DNA of 64,000 bases, taken from positions 32,001 to 96,000 of the forward strand of contig CAZSKP010000008.1 of assembly GCA_964607485.1 (NCBI GenBank). Direction: 5' to 3'. Positions 9,618-18,915 of this stretch are shown piece by piece (the stretch's first letter is position 1; the number at the start of each line of letters is the position of its first letter). The DNA is from an uncultured bacterium (GTDB lineage: Bacteria; Abyssobacteria; SURF-5). Made by a program: the position numbers and the translations under genes. A model generated the notes under the pieces. It ran no database searches. It had not been told where the DNA came from and saw nothing but the letters and a program-made list of their open reading frames with translations.

Positions 9618-10013
9618 TCAACTTGGGGTTCTATCCGGCAAGCCGTTCACCACTCGCTTGATACCATTTTTAATCAGTGCTTCTCCGAAGTTCACCAGCA
9701 AACCCAGACGCTTGTTCATCAGCCGGAGATATGTAAGCAATTGTTTGCCGTGGACCGGAGCAACCTTTTCCAACGACTTCAGCTCGACGATCACCTTGTC
9801 TTCGACAATCAGATCTGCGCGGAAACCTTCCTCGAACTCAAGGTCCTTCCATCTGATCGGCACGGGAGCCTGCCTCTGGACACGCAGACCGCGCTCGGTC
9901 AATTCGTGGGCCAATACCACCTCATAAACCGATTCCAGCAGGCCCGGCCCAAGTTGAGAGTGTACTTGGTAGCACACATCCACAATGATCCGTGCGATTT
10001 CATTTTCTGTCAT
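9618..10013 (-). CDS. GxxExxY protein (PD-(D/E)XK-like)
   Basis: VHSQLGPGLLESVYE, FRADLIVEDKVIVELKS, QLLTYLRL, GLLVNFG. Confidence 0.95.
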   Translation of the reverse strand: MTENEIARIIVDVCYQVHSQLGPGLLESVYEVVLAHELTERGLRVQRQAPVPIRWKDLEFEEGFRADLIVEDKVIVELKSLEKVAPVHGKQLLTYLRLMNKRLGLLVNFGEALIKNGIKRVVNGLPDRTPS

Positions 10014-10063
10014 AACTGAAGCTCTTCAGCAATGGTCTCAGAATCGCCAACATTATTCCCGTC

Positions 10064-10260
10064 TATATTCTCACGCAAAGTCGCAAAGCCGCCAAGGTTT
10101 TTTTCTTTGCGCCTTTGCGTCTTGGCGTGAGACAAATCTTTTCTATTGCCTCGATCTACGAGTCCAGTTCTTGCCTTGCGACATTGTCCGTTCTTCATCT
10201 CTCTTGACGTTCCACGTCGTTTGTCTTTATATTCTCACGCAAAGTCGCAAAGCCGCCAAG
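10064..10260. repeat. GxxExxY-flanking 8-mer tandem/palindromic repeats
   Basis: TATATTCTCACGCAAAGTCGCAAAGCCGCCAAG at 10064 and 10228; the first pairs with CTTTGCGCCTTTGCGTCTTGGCGTGAGA ending at 10132. Confidence 0.8.
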
Positions 10261-10299
10261 AGATTTTCTGTTCGGGATTGCCCTTCGGGCGGGATTACT

Positions 10300-10728
10300 C
10301 TATGTGTTAGTGCTCTCACCGATAGTCCCACGTCCCTCATGGATTCTTCTATGACATTCTCTGCATAATACAATCACGTCGTTCGCTTCTTCCTGTCCTC
10401 GCCGCTCGTAGCTATTGTGATGGACTTCCAGACCATCGGCGTTACTGCACGCTTGACATCGACGTTTAGCACGTTCCAACGCGTCTTCGCGAATTTGCCA
10501 CCAATGATACGTTTTCAGGTAGTCGGCATATGGCAAGCTTTGCAGGCGGAGAATTTCACTTTCTTTAAAACCTCGCGATTGGCGTCTTGAATGGCGTTGT
10601 CTTAGCTGTTCGGCCATATTCGCATAAAGTGGTGCAATCAGAGCCACATATATGAGCGATCCAATCACTAGTACCAAACATATAAGTGCAATCCAGCCAG
10701 CAACTGTCAGACTTCCGAAAAGTTCCAT
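10300..10728 (-). CDS. HNH endonuclease domain protein with N-terminal TM helix
   Basis: YADYLKT..W, CQAC, LEVHH..Y, VLCRECH..IH; hydrophobic residues 9-32. Confidence 0.8.
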   Translation of the reverse strand: MELFGSLTVAGWIALICLVLVIGSLIYVALIAPLYANMAEQLRQRHSRRQSRGFKESEILRLQSLPYADYLKTYHWWQIREDALERAKRRCQACSNADGLEVHHNSYERRGQEEANDVIVLCRECHRRIHEGRGTIGESTNT

Positions 10729-10923
10729 AACCCCACCACATTCCTTCTCACTCTATGGGGTGCCCTCCCGCGAATCTTCTGCCATTACATATGCGATCAA
10801 CGATAGGGAAAGTCTATTGGCAACCTGCTCATTAATATCCACAGGTCATGCCAGGGTCCGATCCTCCGTGATATATTCTGGCGCTCAAGGTAAGCGATAG
10901 GTTTGACCTCATTCACTTGTGTT

Positions 10924-11544
10924 TTATGGATTACTAATCAAATTGTCTCGATTCTCTTGGTCCATCCTTTTCGTCTCATCGTCACCTAGAGATGGTAATC
11001 TTACAGCTTCAACCAGCTTTTCTCCAGCCTCTCGGATCACCTTAACGCATTCCCGTCTTTCATTAGCGTCTGATATTATTCTAAGATTTCCCGCCTCCAT
11101 GAATGCGAGGCGAAACGCCTTTCTTGCCTCTGCGTCTAAGTAAAGGTTATTCTTAATCCACCATTCTTGACATTCATATGCTGTTTCCATTGCCTTCTTG
11201 TTATCGTCCGAGCTCCAAAGAAGCTTATTCCACAGAACGTAAGCTTCTTGATGCTTCCTCAGACGTTCATCCAAGGCAGCTAGCTTCAGTTGATTTGATA
11301 ATTGTAGGGAGGCCTTGTGGGTTTCAAGTTGAGTGTTGAGTTGTAATCGGACTCCCTCAACTTTTTTCGTAATCTCTGCAATATCCTCTTTGGTGGCAAG
11401 ATTTTCGGCTTTCTTCGTTAAATACGACCCCAGAAAAATGCCTATGGCAACTGCTATGAGCAGCGCTACATAAAACGACCAATCAAACGTATCTGCATTG
11501 TGTATTGCTTCTTCAACGAGAACTCTGATTGTCTCGGCATCCAT
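10924..11544 (-). CDS. hypothetical single-TM coiled-coil protein
   Basis: TM segment then SYLTKKAENLATKEDIAEITKKVE coiled coil; AT-rich. Confidence 0.7.
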   Translation of the reverse strand: MDAETIRVLVEEAIHNADTFDWSFYVALLIAVAIGIFLGSYLTKKAENLATKEDIAEITKKVEGVRLQLNTQLETHKASLQLSNQLKLAALDERLRKHQEAYVLWNKLLWSSDDNKKAMETAYECQEWWIKNNLYLDAEARKAFRLAFMEAGNLRIISDANERRECVKVIREAGEKLVEAVRLPSLGDDETKRMDQENRDNLISNP

Positions 11545-11611
11545 AACACAGATATTATAGAAAAGAGTTTGCGGTCATGTCAAAAGTGGTCACCTGAAAC
11601 AAGCGAGGAGA

Positions 11612-11735
11612 AAAAGGGGAAGGGGAAAACTGCGTTTATCTGTGTTCATCTGTGGTTTCATAAGTCTTTATCCCATTCCTTCGTGGCCCTTTGCGGATGA
11701 ATCTTTCCTTTGCGTTCTTTGCGTCTTTGCGGTGA
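11612..11735. repeat. repeat cluster at the right edge of the GxxExxY island
   Basis: AAAAGGGGAAGGGGAAA, TGCGTTTATCTGTGTTCATCTGTGGTT and CTTTGCGTTCTTTGCGTCTTTGCGGTGA. Confidence 0.7.
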
Positions 11736-11966
11736 TTATTCCTGCATTCCTTCCTGCGCCATGAAAATTAACAAAAACTTCCTTGCTGGAATTCGCGGTG
11801 GCGGATAACAATAGCCCCAGTCGACTGAAGAACAGCCTGGATGGCACGGAACGCGCGCGCTCCCCGAACCGCACAAAGGAGATCAAGAGTGAAGCGATCG
11901 TGGAAAAGGCGATCAACCGTATCCGCCCGCGAGTTTGAATCCCTCTGGCGGAATGCCGCGGTGTCT

Positions 11967-12210
11967 GAGCGCCTGGCACCGGTGAGGGCGTACCCATGGG
12001 AACCCCCGCTTCCTTCAGCGGCAGGCCCGCGGAGAAACCCCACGACAGACCGGGTCACCGGCCGCTTGCGCCGCCATGGAAGGCATCTCCGGCCCGCAGT
12101 TTGGGCCGGGGCGGACGAGAAGGGGTCGCCTGTCTCAAGGTTCACAGGTGTGCGTACCAGAAGGGACGCACCGGCCACGTAACAAATTCCGGCGCCGGAA
12201 CACCAGGCTC
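11967..12210 (+). ncRNA. candidate structured non-coding RNA, family not recognised
   Basis: Ends pair (GAGCGCCTGG..CCGG / CCGG..CCAGGCTC), with several internal hairpins; G-U wobbles favour the + strand; no credible ORF. Confidence 0.5.
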
Positions 12211-12225
12211 CATGCAGGGCCGCAT

Positions 12226-12255
12226 TTGACTTTCACCTGCTCGGCCAGCTATAAT
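12226..12255 (+). promoter_or_regulatory. sigma70-type promoter of the oxidoreductase operon
   Basis: TTGACT, 18 bp, TATAAT. Confidence 0.75.
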
Positions 12256-12323
12256 TAATTATTGGGTCATCACTTGTCCTCAACAAGCGCGGCGCGGAAA
12301 AATCCGCTGTAGGCATCAGAAAC

Positions 12324-12560
12324 ATGTCATCCGAATCCCCCGGAAAAAAGAAGAGGGAAGCCTACATCGTCATACTGGAAGAGCGATGTAAGAGCTGCCG
12401 TTTTTGCGTGGATACCTGTCCGCTCGACTGCATCGTCATCGGCACGGAAATCAATTCGCAGGGCTACAATCCCGCCAAATTTCAGGGCAACGGCCGCTGC
12501 ACCGGCTGCTGCCTGTGCGCCGAGGTGTGTCCCGACACGGCGATAGAGGTTTATAAGTAG
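12324..12560 (+). CDS. 2x[4Fe-4S] ferredoxin (oxidoreductase delta subunit)
   Basis: CKSCRFCVDTCP and CTGCCLCAEVCPD. Confidence 0.92.
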   Translation: MSSESPGKKKREAYIVILEERCKSCRFCVDTCPLDCIVIGTEINSQGYNPAKFQGNGRCTGCCLCAEVCPDTAIEVYK

Positions 12561-12580
12561 GCGGTTCCGGCGGGGCTCTG

Positions 12581-12649
12581 GGGGACAGTCCCTAGAGCAA
12601 TTATGTAGGGGCGGTTCGCGAACCACCCGAAAATATGGTGTCTGTCCCC
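12581..12649. repeat. nested REP-like palindromes
   Basis: GGGGACAG...CTGTCCCC enclosing GTAGGGGCGGTTCGCGAACCACCC (12605-12628). Confidence 0.7.
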
Positions 12650-13714
12650 ATATTAGGAGTGCGTAAGTGAAAGAGACGCAATTGATTAAGGGAAACGTGG
12701 CGCTGGCCGAGGCGGCCATTCAGGCCGGATGCCGCTACTACTTCGGCTACCCGATAACCCCTCAGAACGACATCCCCGAATACCTCTCCGAGCACCTGCC
12801 GAAGGCCAACGGCATATTCATCCAGGCCGAGAGTGAGATCGCCTCTATCAACATGGTGATGGGCGCATCGGCCACGGGCGTTCGCGCCATGACGTCGTCG
12901 TCCGGCCCCGGCATCTCGTTGATGCAGGAAGGAATGTCCTACATGGCCGGCAGCGAGATTCCCGGCCTCGTGGTCAACATCATGCGATGCGGCCCCGGGC
13001 TGGGCGGAATCTCGCCCACGCAGGGCGACTATTTTCAGGCCACGCGCGGCGGCGGCCACGGCGACTACTACAACATCGTGCTCGCGCCCGCGTCGGTGCA
13101 GGAGATGTTCGACCTCACGATCAAGGCATTCGAGTTGTCCGACAAATACCGCAACCCCGCGATGATACTCGCCGACGCGATACTGGGCCAGATGAAAGAG
13201 CCCGCGTCGCTCGAGCCGCGCGAGCCCGTCCGGTTCTTTGACAAGCCGTGGTCGGTGACCGGCGCGATGGGCCGGAGCCCGCAGTATTTGAAAACGCTGT
13301 ACCTGAGCGACGGCGAGCAGGAGGCGCACAACCTCGAGCTCAAGAGGAAATACGACGAAATCCGCGAGAAGGAAGTCCTGTATGAAGCCAAGGCTCTCGA
13401 CGACGCCGAGCTTTTCGTCGTCGCCTTCGGCACGGCCTCGCGCATCGTGAAGACGGCTATGAACATGGCGCGCGAGGAAGGGCTTCGCGTCGGGCTGATC
13501 CGTCCGATAACGCTTTTCCCGTTTCCGTCGAAGGCCATCTACGAGGCGTCCGAGCGGATACCGAAGGTGCTTGTGGTCGAGATGAACACGGGACAGATGC
13601 TCACCGATGTGCAGGTGTCGGCGCACAAGGGAGCCGAAATATTCTTCTATGGCCGTCCCGGCGGCGGAGTGCCCACGCCGGAAGAGGTCCTCGAAGAGAT
13701 GAAAAGGAGCGCAC

Positions 13715-14470
<756 letters not shown>

Positions 14471-14518
14471 GCTGGATGGCGCATATTATTTTCGGCGAAC
14501 CGGTAAAGTCACGATTTT

Positions 14519-14546
14519 GTAGGGGCGGTTCGCGAACCGTCCCTAC
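14519..14546 (+). repeat. GTAG-type REP-like palindrome (complete copy)
   Basis: GTAGGGGCGGTTCGCGAACCGTCCCTAC. Confidence 0.8.
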
Positions 14547-14600
14547 ATGTGATGTAGATGGTTGCCTCCGAAGTGGTGTGCGACTTCAGAAGGAAACGAC

Positions 14601-15146
14601 ATGTACTACGACGTCATAATGGCCGGGTTTGGCGGCCAAGGGATCATGCTGATTGGCGACATCCTCGCCTATGCCGCCATGCGCGAGGAGAAGCGCGTCA
14701 CGTATATGCCGACGTACGGCGTCGAGATGCGCGGCGGCACCGCCAACTGCACCATCATGATCTCGGACGAGGAAATCGGGTCGCCCATGACCGGCCACCC
14801 CTACTCGGCAATCGTGATGAACGGGCCGTCGCTCGAGAAATTTCAGCCGCGCGTGCGGCCGGGCGGGTTCCTGCTCGTCAACACCTCGCTCATCGATGGC
14901 AAGCAGGCCAACCGGACCGACATCGACACGCTGCTCCTTCCCACGAACGACATCGCGCTCGAACTGGGCAACGCGAAGATGGCGAACATGGTCGCGCTGG
15001 GCGGGTTTGTCGAACGGACGCAGGTGGTCTCGCTCGAAAGCATCAAGAACACGCTGCCGAAGGCCATCGCCGAGCGTTATCATAAAACGATTCCGCTGAA
15101 CATCAAGGCGATAGAAACCGGCGCGCAACTCGCGCGGAGAGGGTAG
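14601..15146 (+). CDS. 2-oxoacid:ferredoxin oxidoreductase gamma subunit
   Basis: AGFGGQG, PTYGVEMRGGTANC, ANMVALG; AAGGA upstream of the ATG at 14601. Confidence 0.92.
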   Translation: MYYDVIMAGFGGQGIMLIGDILAYAAMREEKRVTYMPTYGVEMRGGTANCTIMISDEEIGSPMTGHPYSAIVMNGPSLEKFQPRVRPGGFLLVNTSLIDGKQANRTDIDTLLLPTNDIALELGNAKMANMVALGGFVERTQVVSLESIKNTLPKAIAERYHKTIPLNIKAIETGAQLARRG

Positions 15147-15153
15147 AGGCGTA

Positions 15154-15258
15154 CGTCATTGCGAGGAACGGAGTGACGAAGCAATCCCGATAGGTGAGGG
15201 ATTCGCATTCGGGATTGCCGCGGTCGACGCTTTGCGTCTCCCTCGCAATGACAGAAGA
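15154..15258. repeat. ~105-bp palindromic element (GTCATTGCGAG...CTCGCAATGAC), copy 1
   Basis: Near-identical to 15694-15798 (offset 540); internal GCAATCCCGA/TCGGGATTGC stem. Confidence 0.9.
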
Positions 15259-15341
15259 AGGAGCGATAAAAACGAACCTTGCGCCATGCGGGGCGGGTTT
15301 TCGCCGTGAGAGAGGAATGAGTTCCTCAGCGAAGTCGAAAA

Positions 15342-15638
15342 ATGCAACGCAAGATTTTTTGCGTTTACATAATGACAAACGGGAGAAACACGGTCTTATA
15401 GACAGGTGTCACCAGCGACTTGCAGAGGCGAGTATACGAACATAAACAGAAAGCAAGCAGAGGTTTTACCCGAAAGTATAATATCGACAAGTTAGTCTAT
15501 TACGAACAATTTGATGATTCCTACGACGCCATTGCCAGAGAGAAGCAAATAAAGGCGGGTTCTCGAAAAAGGAAAATAGAGCTGATTGAAGGGATGAATA
15601 AAGACTGGAGCGATTTGAGCGAAGGGTGGTATGGGTGA
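15342..15638 (+). pseudogene. GIY-YIG nuclease family gene with in-frame amber stop
   Basis: [34 protein letters not shown]...FTRKYNIDKLVYYE...AIAREKQIK; TAG at 15399-15401 replaces the Tyr of the YTG motif. Confidence 0.88.
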
Positions 15639-15693
15639 GGTCATCTCGGCGCTCCAGCGGCTCTTCACAATTGTTCATAGCAATAACTTTTCC

Positions 15694-15798
15694 CGTCATT
15701 GCGAGGAACGAAGTGACGAAGCAATCCCGATAGGTGAAGGATTCGCATTCGGGATTGCCGCGGTCGACGCTTTGTCTCTCCCTCGCAATGACAGAAGA
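15694..15798. repeat. ~105-bp palindromic element, copy 2
   Basis: Direct repeat of 15154-15258. Confidence 0.9.
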
Positions 15799-15841
15799 GA
15801 AAATATGGGCGAGTGCGCTCGAACTCAGGAGAACGGATAGC

Positions 15842-16423
15842 ATGGCCGAAATAGAGGAAATGCACGTTGGCGAGAAGATCAAGAAGCTGCGCGAGGAAAA
15901 GGGGATGTCGCTGCCGGAGCTGGCCGAGAAGTCGGGCTTTTCATCGGCGCTGCTGTCTCAGATAGAGAACCACATGATCTCGCCGCCGCTCGGCACGCTC
16001 ATCAGGCTCGGGCAGGCGATGGATGTGCCCATCGGCTATTTCTTCGAGGACAAGGCCGAGGCGCCGTTCGTCATCGTCCGCTCCGCCGAACGCAAGCACG
16101 TCTCGCGCGTGGCATCGAAGGAAGGCGTGAAGTTCGGCTATTCGTATGAGTCGCTGGCGCAGGACAAGAAGAACCGGTTCATGGAGCCGTTTCTCGTCAC
16201 GCTCGAGCCGGCCACCAAAAAAGACCGCAACGCCTACTCACATGAAGGCGAGGAGTTCATCTTCGTGCTCGAAGGAGAGATGGAAGTCACGCTCGAAGAC
16301 CACACCGACGTGCTCAAGCCCGGCGACTGCATCTACTTCGACTCCCGGCTGCGGCATCGCGTCGAATGTGTTGGAGACAAAGAGGCGAGAATTCTCGCCG
16401 TCATCCACGCCCCGCATAAGTAG
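15842..16423 (+). CDS. XRE-family HTH regulator with cupin domain
   Basis: VGEKIKKLRE..MSLPELAEKSGFSSALLSQIEN; MEPFLVTL, HEGEEFIFVLEG, GDCIYFDS; AGGAG upstream. Confidence 0.92.
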   Translation: MAEIEEMHVGEKIKKLREEKGMSLPELAEKSGFSSALLSQIENHMISPPLGTLIRLGQAMDVPIGYFFEDKAEAPFVIVRSAERKHVSRVASKEGVKFGYSYESLAQDKKNRFMEPFLVTLEPATKKDRNAYSHEGEEFIFVLEGEMEVTLEDHTDVLKPGDCIYFDSRLRHRVECVGDKEARILAVIHAPHK

Positions 16424-16429
16424 ATACAG

Positions 16430-16472
16430 AGGGGTCAGGTCTTGAAATCTGAAGTTACAAGACCTGACCCCT
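16430..16472. repeat. GGGGTCAGGTCTT-type palindrome (15-bp arms)
   Basis: AGGGGTCAGGTCTTG, 13 bp, CAAGACCTGACCCCT; half-copies at 17067-17078 and 18879-18892. Confidence 0.8.
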
Positions 16473-16537
16473 TTGTTGCTCCTAATTCGCGACGTTCGTG
16501 GTATAATAACGGTGATGAAACAAGGGGGAGACTAACA

Positions 16538-16822
16538 ATGTTTGATAGAGTACGGATACGAGTGGAAATCTTCAGAGAAGGCGACAGATACATGAGTCTT
16601 TGTCCCGAACTCAATGTGTCGAGTTACGGGGATACGCCGGAGGAGGCGAGGGAGAGTCTCAAAGAAGCTGTGTCGTTGTTTCTGGAAGAATGTGAAAGCA
16701 TGGGAACTCTGCAGGATGTCCTGGAGGAGGCGGGGTTCGAGCATAGAACCCACCCCCATGATGAATGGTTGGCTCCACACCCGTTTGCGACCGAAGAGAT
16801 AGATATTCGGACGGTGGCCTAA
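16538..16822 (+). CDS. hicB: HicB-family antitoxin
   Basis: EGDRYMSLCPELNVSSYGDTPEEARESLKEAVSLFLE; GGGGAG RBS; TGGTATAAT extended -10 upstream. Confidence 0.85.
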   Translation: MFDRVRIRVEIFREGDRYMSLCPELNVSSYGDTPEEARESLKEAVSLFLEECESMGTLQDVLEEAGFEHRTHPHDEWLAPHPFATEEIDIRTVA

Positions 16823-17056
16823 GTGCCAAGAATTGTTCCCATTGATTATCGAAAGTCAATCAGGATATTCGAACTTGACGGTTTCAAAATCGGCAGACGA
16901 AAAGGTGACCACATTAGCATGACTAAACCGGGAGTGGCCAGACCCATCGTCATAAAAACCAGTCCTGGATTGGTTCCCGTTTCCCACATCCGAACAAACA
17001 TGACCACGGCCGGGATGACGAGAGAGCGATATTTTGAACTGTTGGAGAAGGTGTAA
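16823..17056 (+). CDS. hicA: HicA-family mRNase toxin
   Basis: 77 aa basic protein, FE..GF...RRKGDHISMTKPG..RPIVI; directly follows hicB. Confidence 0.85.
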   Translation: MPRIVPIDYRKSIRIFELDGFKIGRRKGDHISMTKPGVARPIVIKTSPGLVPVSHIRTNMTTAGMTRERYFELLEKV

Positions 17057-17076
17057 GGAAATCCAAAGGGGTCGAG

Positions 17077-18621
17077 TCACGGTTTTCCGGCGGGCAGCAC
17101 GATCTCCACAGTTGTCCCCTCGTTGACGCTGCTTCTTATGATCAGTCTCCCGCCGTGCGCTTCGACGATCTTCTTGCAGATGGGAACGCCCAGCCCCGTG
17201 CCCTGTGCTTTCGTTGTGAAGAATGGCTCTTGAATTCGCTCCAGATTCTCTTCCTCGATTCCGCAGCCGCTGTCGGATACGCAAAGCTTCAGCGCGCCTT
17301 CGTTCTCGGAAAACTGTGAGTGTATCGTCAGAATTCCTCCGTTGGGCATTGCCTCCGCCGCGTTCGAGATAATATTCACGAGCACCCTGGCGATCTTTTG
17401 CGCGTCAATGTATATCTCCCTGTCGCCCGATTGCAACTCTAAGCGAGTGTTGATGTTGCGAAGCTTATGGTCGGCGGCGCTCAGTGCCTGACCAACGATG
17501 TCGCTGACCGTCCACGGAGTGTATTCCAGATTGACCGGCCTCGAATATTCCAGAAGCTCCGCGACGGTGCCGTTGAGCGTTTCGATGCCGGATTCGATGT
17601 CCTGCAGGATTTCCAGTTTGCTTTCATCCTCGCCGATCTCCGCTCGAATTTCATCGACGCCGAGGCGAATGTTTTGGAGAGGATTCCTGATTTCGTGAGC
17701 CACGAACGATACCATCTGCCCGAGCGTCGCCAGCCTCTGCGCCTGCTGGAGCTCGGCCACTTTCTCTTTGACCGTTTCTTCGAGTCTCTCGGAGAGGCCG
17801 CGATATCGACCTTCCGACTCGCGCAGCGCTTCCTCGCTTTGCTTCAGGTTCCTGAAAAGCAAATTGTATGGGTCCATCAGGCCGGTCACAATGATGGCCT
17901 TGTAAATGAGATAGAAGGAGATGATTTCGAGAATATGTCCGATGAGATTAGCGTGGCCGTACGCGCTCGTGTACAACGTGAACGCGAGCTCGGAGCATAT
18001 GGTGACCAGAATAGATGCGACCAGCCACCTCAGCACGCTCGGGTCGAATTCGCTCCGCTTTTGAATCAGTAATCCGGCTGAGCCGAGCAGAATGACGGAG
18101 ATGATATACTCGCTGATCTTTTTGAACGGCGTCAGTCCCACACCTTCGATGAAACACTCGGGGAAGATGCCCCAGTAGAATATGGACACCATCAACAGGA
18201 GGAAAACCCCAGCGTATCCGGCAAAGACAAAGTTGGCTCTCAACTTTCGGCCGAGGAACAGGGGGGCGAACAGAAAGGAAAGACTCTCGACATACCGAGC
18301 GGCGATCCAGAGCTGCGTGGGCAGGTTGGTGCCGTAGCCGGTGAACACTCCCATCCCCGTATAAGCCAATGAATGAATCAAGTCGATGGCGCCGACGAAC
18401 AGGTAGGCGATGCCTATGAACAGGAGGTAATTGTTATCCATGAACCGGCGGGAGTTCCAGGCGACCATGAAAATGCACCATGACACGACCACCCCGAATA
18501 TTTCCGCCAGGCTGTGGAAGAGGAGGTAATTGTAATAGCTGGTCAGATATATTCCGGCCAGGAATGGAATTCCAAAAATGATGTCTCTGTATCTGTCGGA
18601 AATGGCGTCGCGTCTTTCCAT
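17077..18621 (-). CDS. MASE3-domain membrane sensor histidine kinase
   Basis: NYLLFHSLAEIF, NLPTQLWIAARY (MASE3); AHEIRNPL, NAAEAM, DSGCGI, PFFTTK, GTGLG. Confidence 0.92.
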   Translation of the reverse strand: MERRDAISDRYRDIIFGIPFLAGIYLTSYYNYLLFHSLAEIFGVVVSWCIFMVAWNSRRFMDNNYLLFIGIAYLFVGAIDLIHSLAYTGMGVFTGYGTNLPTQLWIAARYVESLSFLFAPLFLGRKLRANFVFAGYAGVFLLLMVSIFYWGIFPECFIEGVGLTPFKKISEYIISVILLGSAGLLIQKRSEFDPSVLRWLVASILVTICSELAFTLYTSAYGHANLIGHILEIISFYLIYKAIIVTGLMDPYNLLFRNLKQSEEALRESEGRYRGLSERLEETVKEKVAELQQAQRLATLGQMVSFVAHEIRNPLQNIRLGVDEIRAEIGEDESKLEILQDIESGIETLNGTVAELLEYSRPVNLEYTPWTVSDIVGQALSAADHKLRNINTRLELQSGDREIYIDAQKIARVLVNIISNAAEAMPNGGILTIHSQFSENEGALKLCVSDSGCGIEEENLERIQEPFFTTKAQGTGLGVPICKKIVEAHGGRLIIRSSVNEGTTVEIVLPAGKP

Positions 18622-18915
18622 GATTCCTTTTCCTGGGGACGGGTCTTACGCAGTCGGACTACGATGTGTCCGGGGTTCGCCCGTTGTTATGGGACGCCGG
18701 GGTATCCTTAAAGAAGATGACGTGTTCAGTCTTGTGGCCAGGGCAACAGCGCAGAGCGGGACCTCTGTTTAGCTCTGTCATTCAAACGGAATTATAGACG
18801 ATTTGCGGAAATATTTCAAAAAGCGGTTTTGTTGCATTCGGCTTTTGCGACTTGAGAGAGCCGGGGCACCACGCCGTTAAGACCTGACCCCTCTGCGAAA
18901 AGGCTCGAGGGGAGA

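Noticed and set aside
9572-11735. Integron attC cassette array
   Set aside because: The repeats lack RYYYAAC/GTTRRRY ends and no intI is present.
11876-11938. Short peptide ..VEKAINRIRPRV* resembling a NifU N-terminus
   Set aside because: Too short to distinguish from chance; no downstream NifU CxxC motif.
11967-12210. RNase P, tmRNA, SRP or 6S identity for the structured region
   Set aside because: No GAGGAAAGTCC, no tRNA-like ends, no SRP CAGG-GRAA-AGCAG loop; multibranched rather than the 6S rod. Not excluded without a covariance search.
15399-15401. Amber recoding (pyrrolysine or alternative genetic code)
   Set aside because: TAG is a normal stop for many genes here (e.g. murJ, copA), and the position requires Tyr; a single-base nonsense change is simpler.
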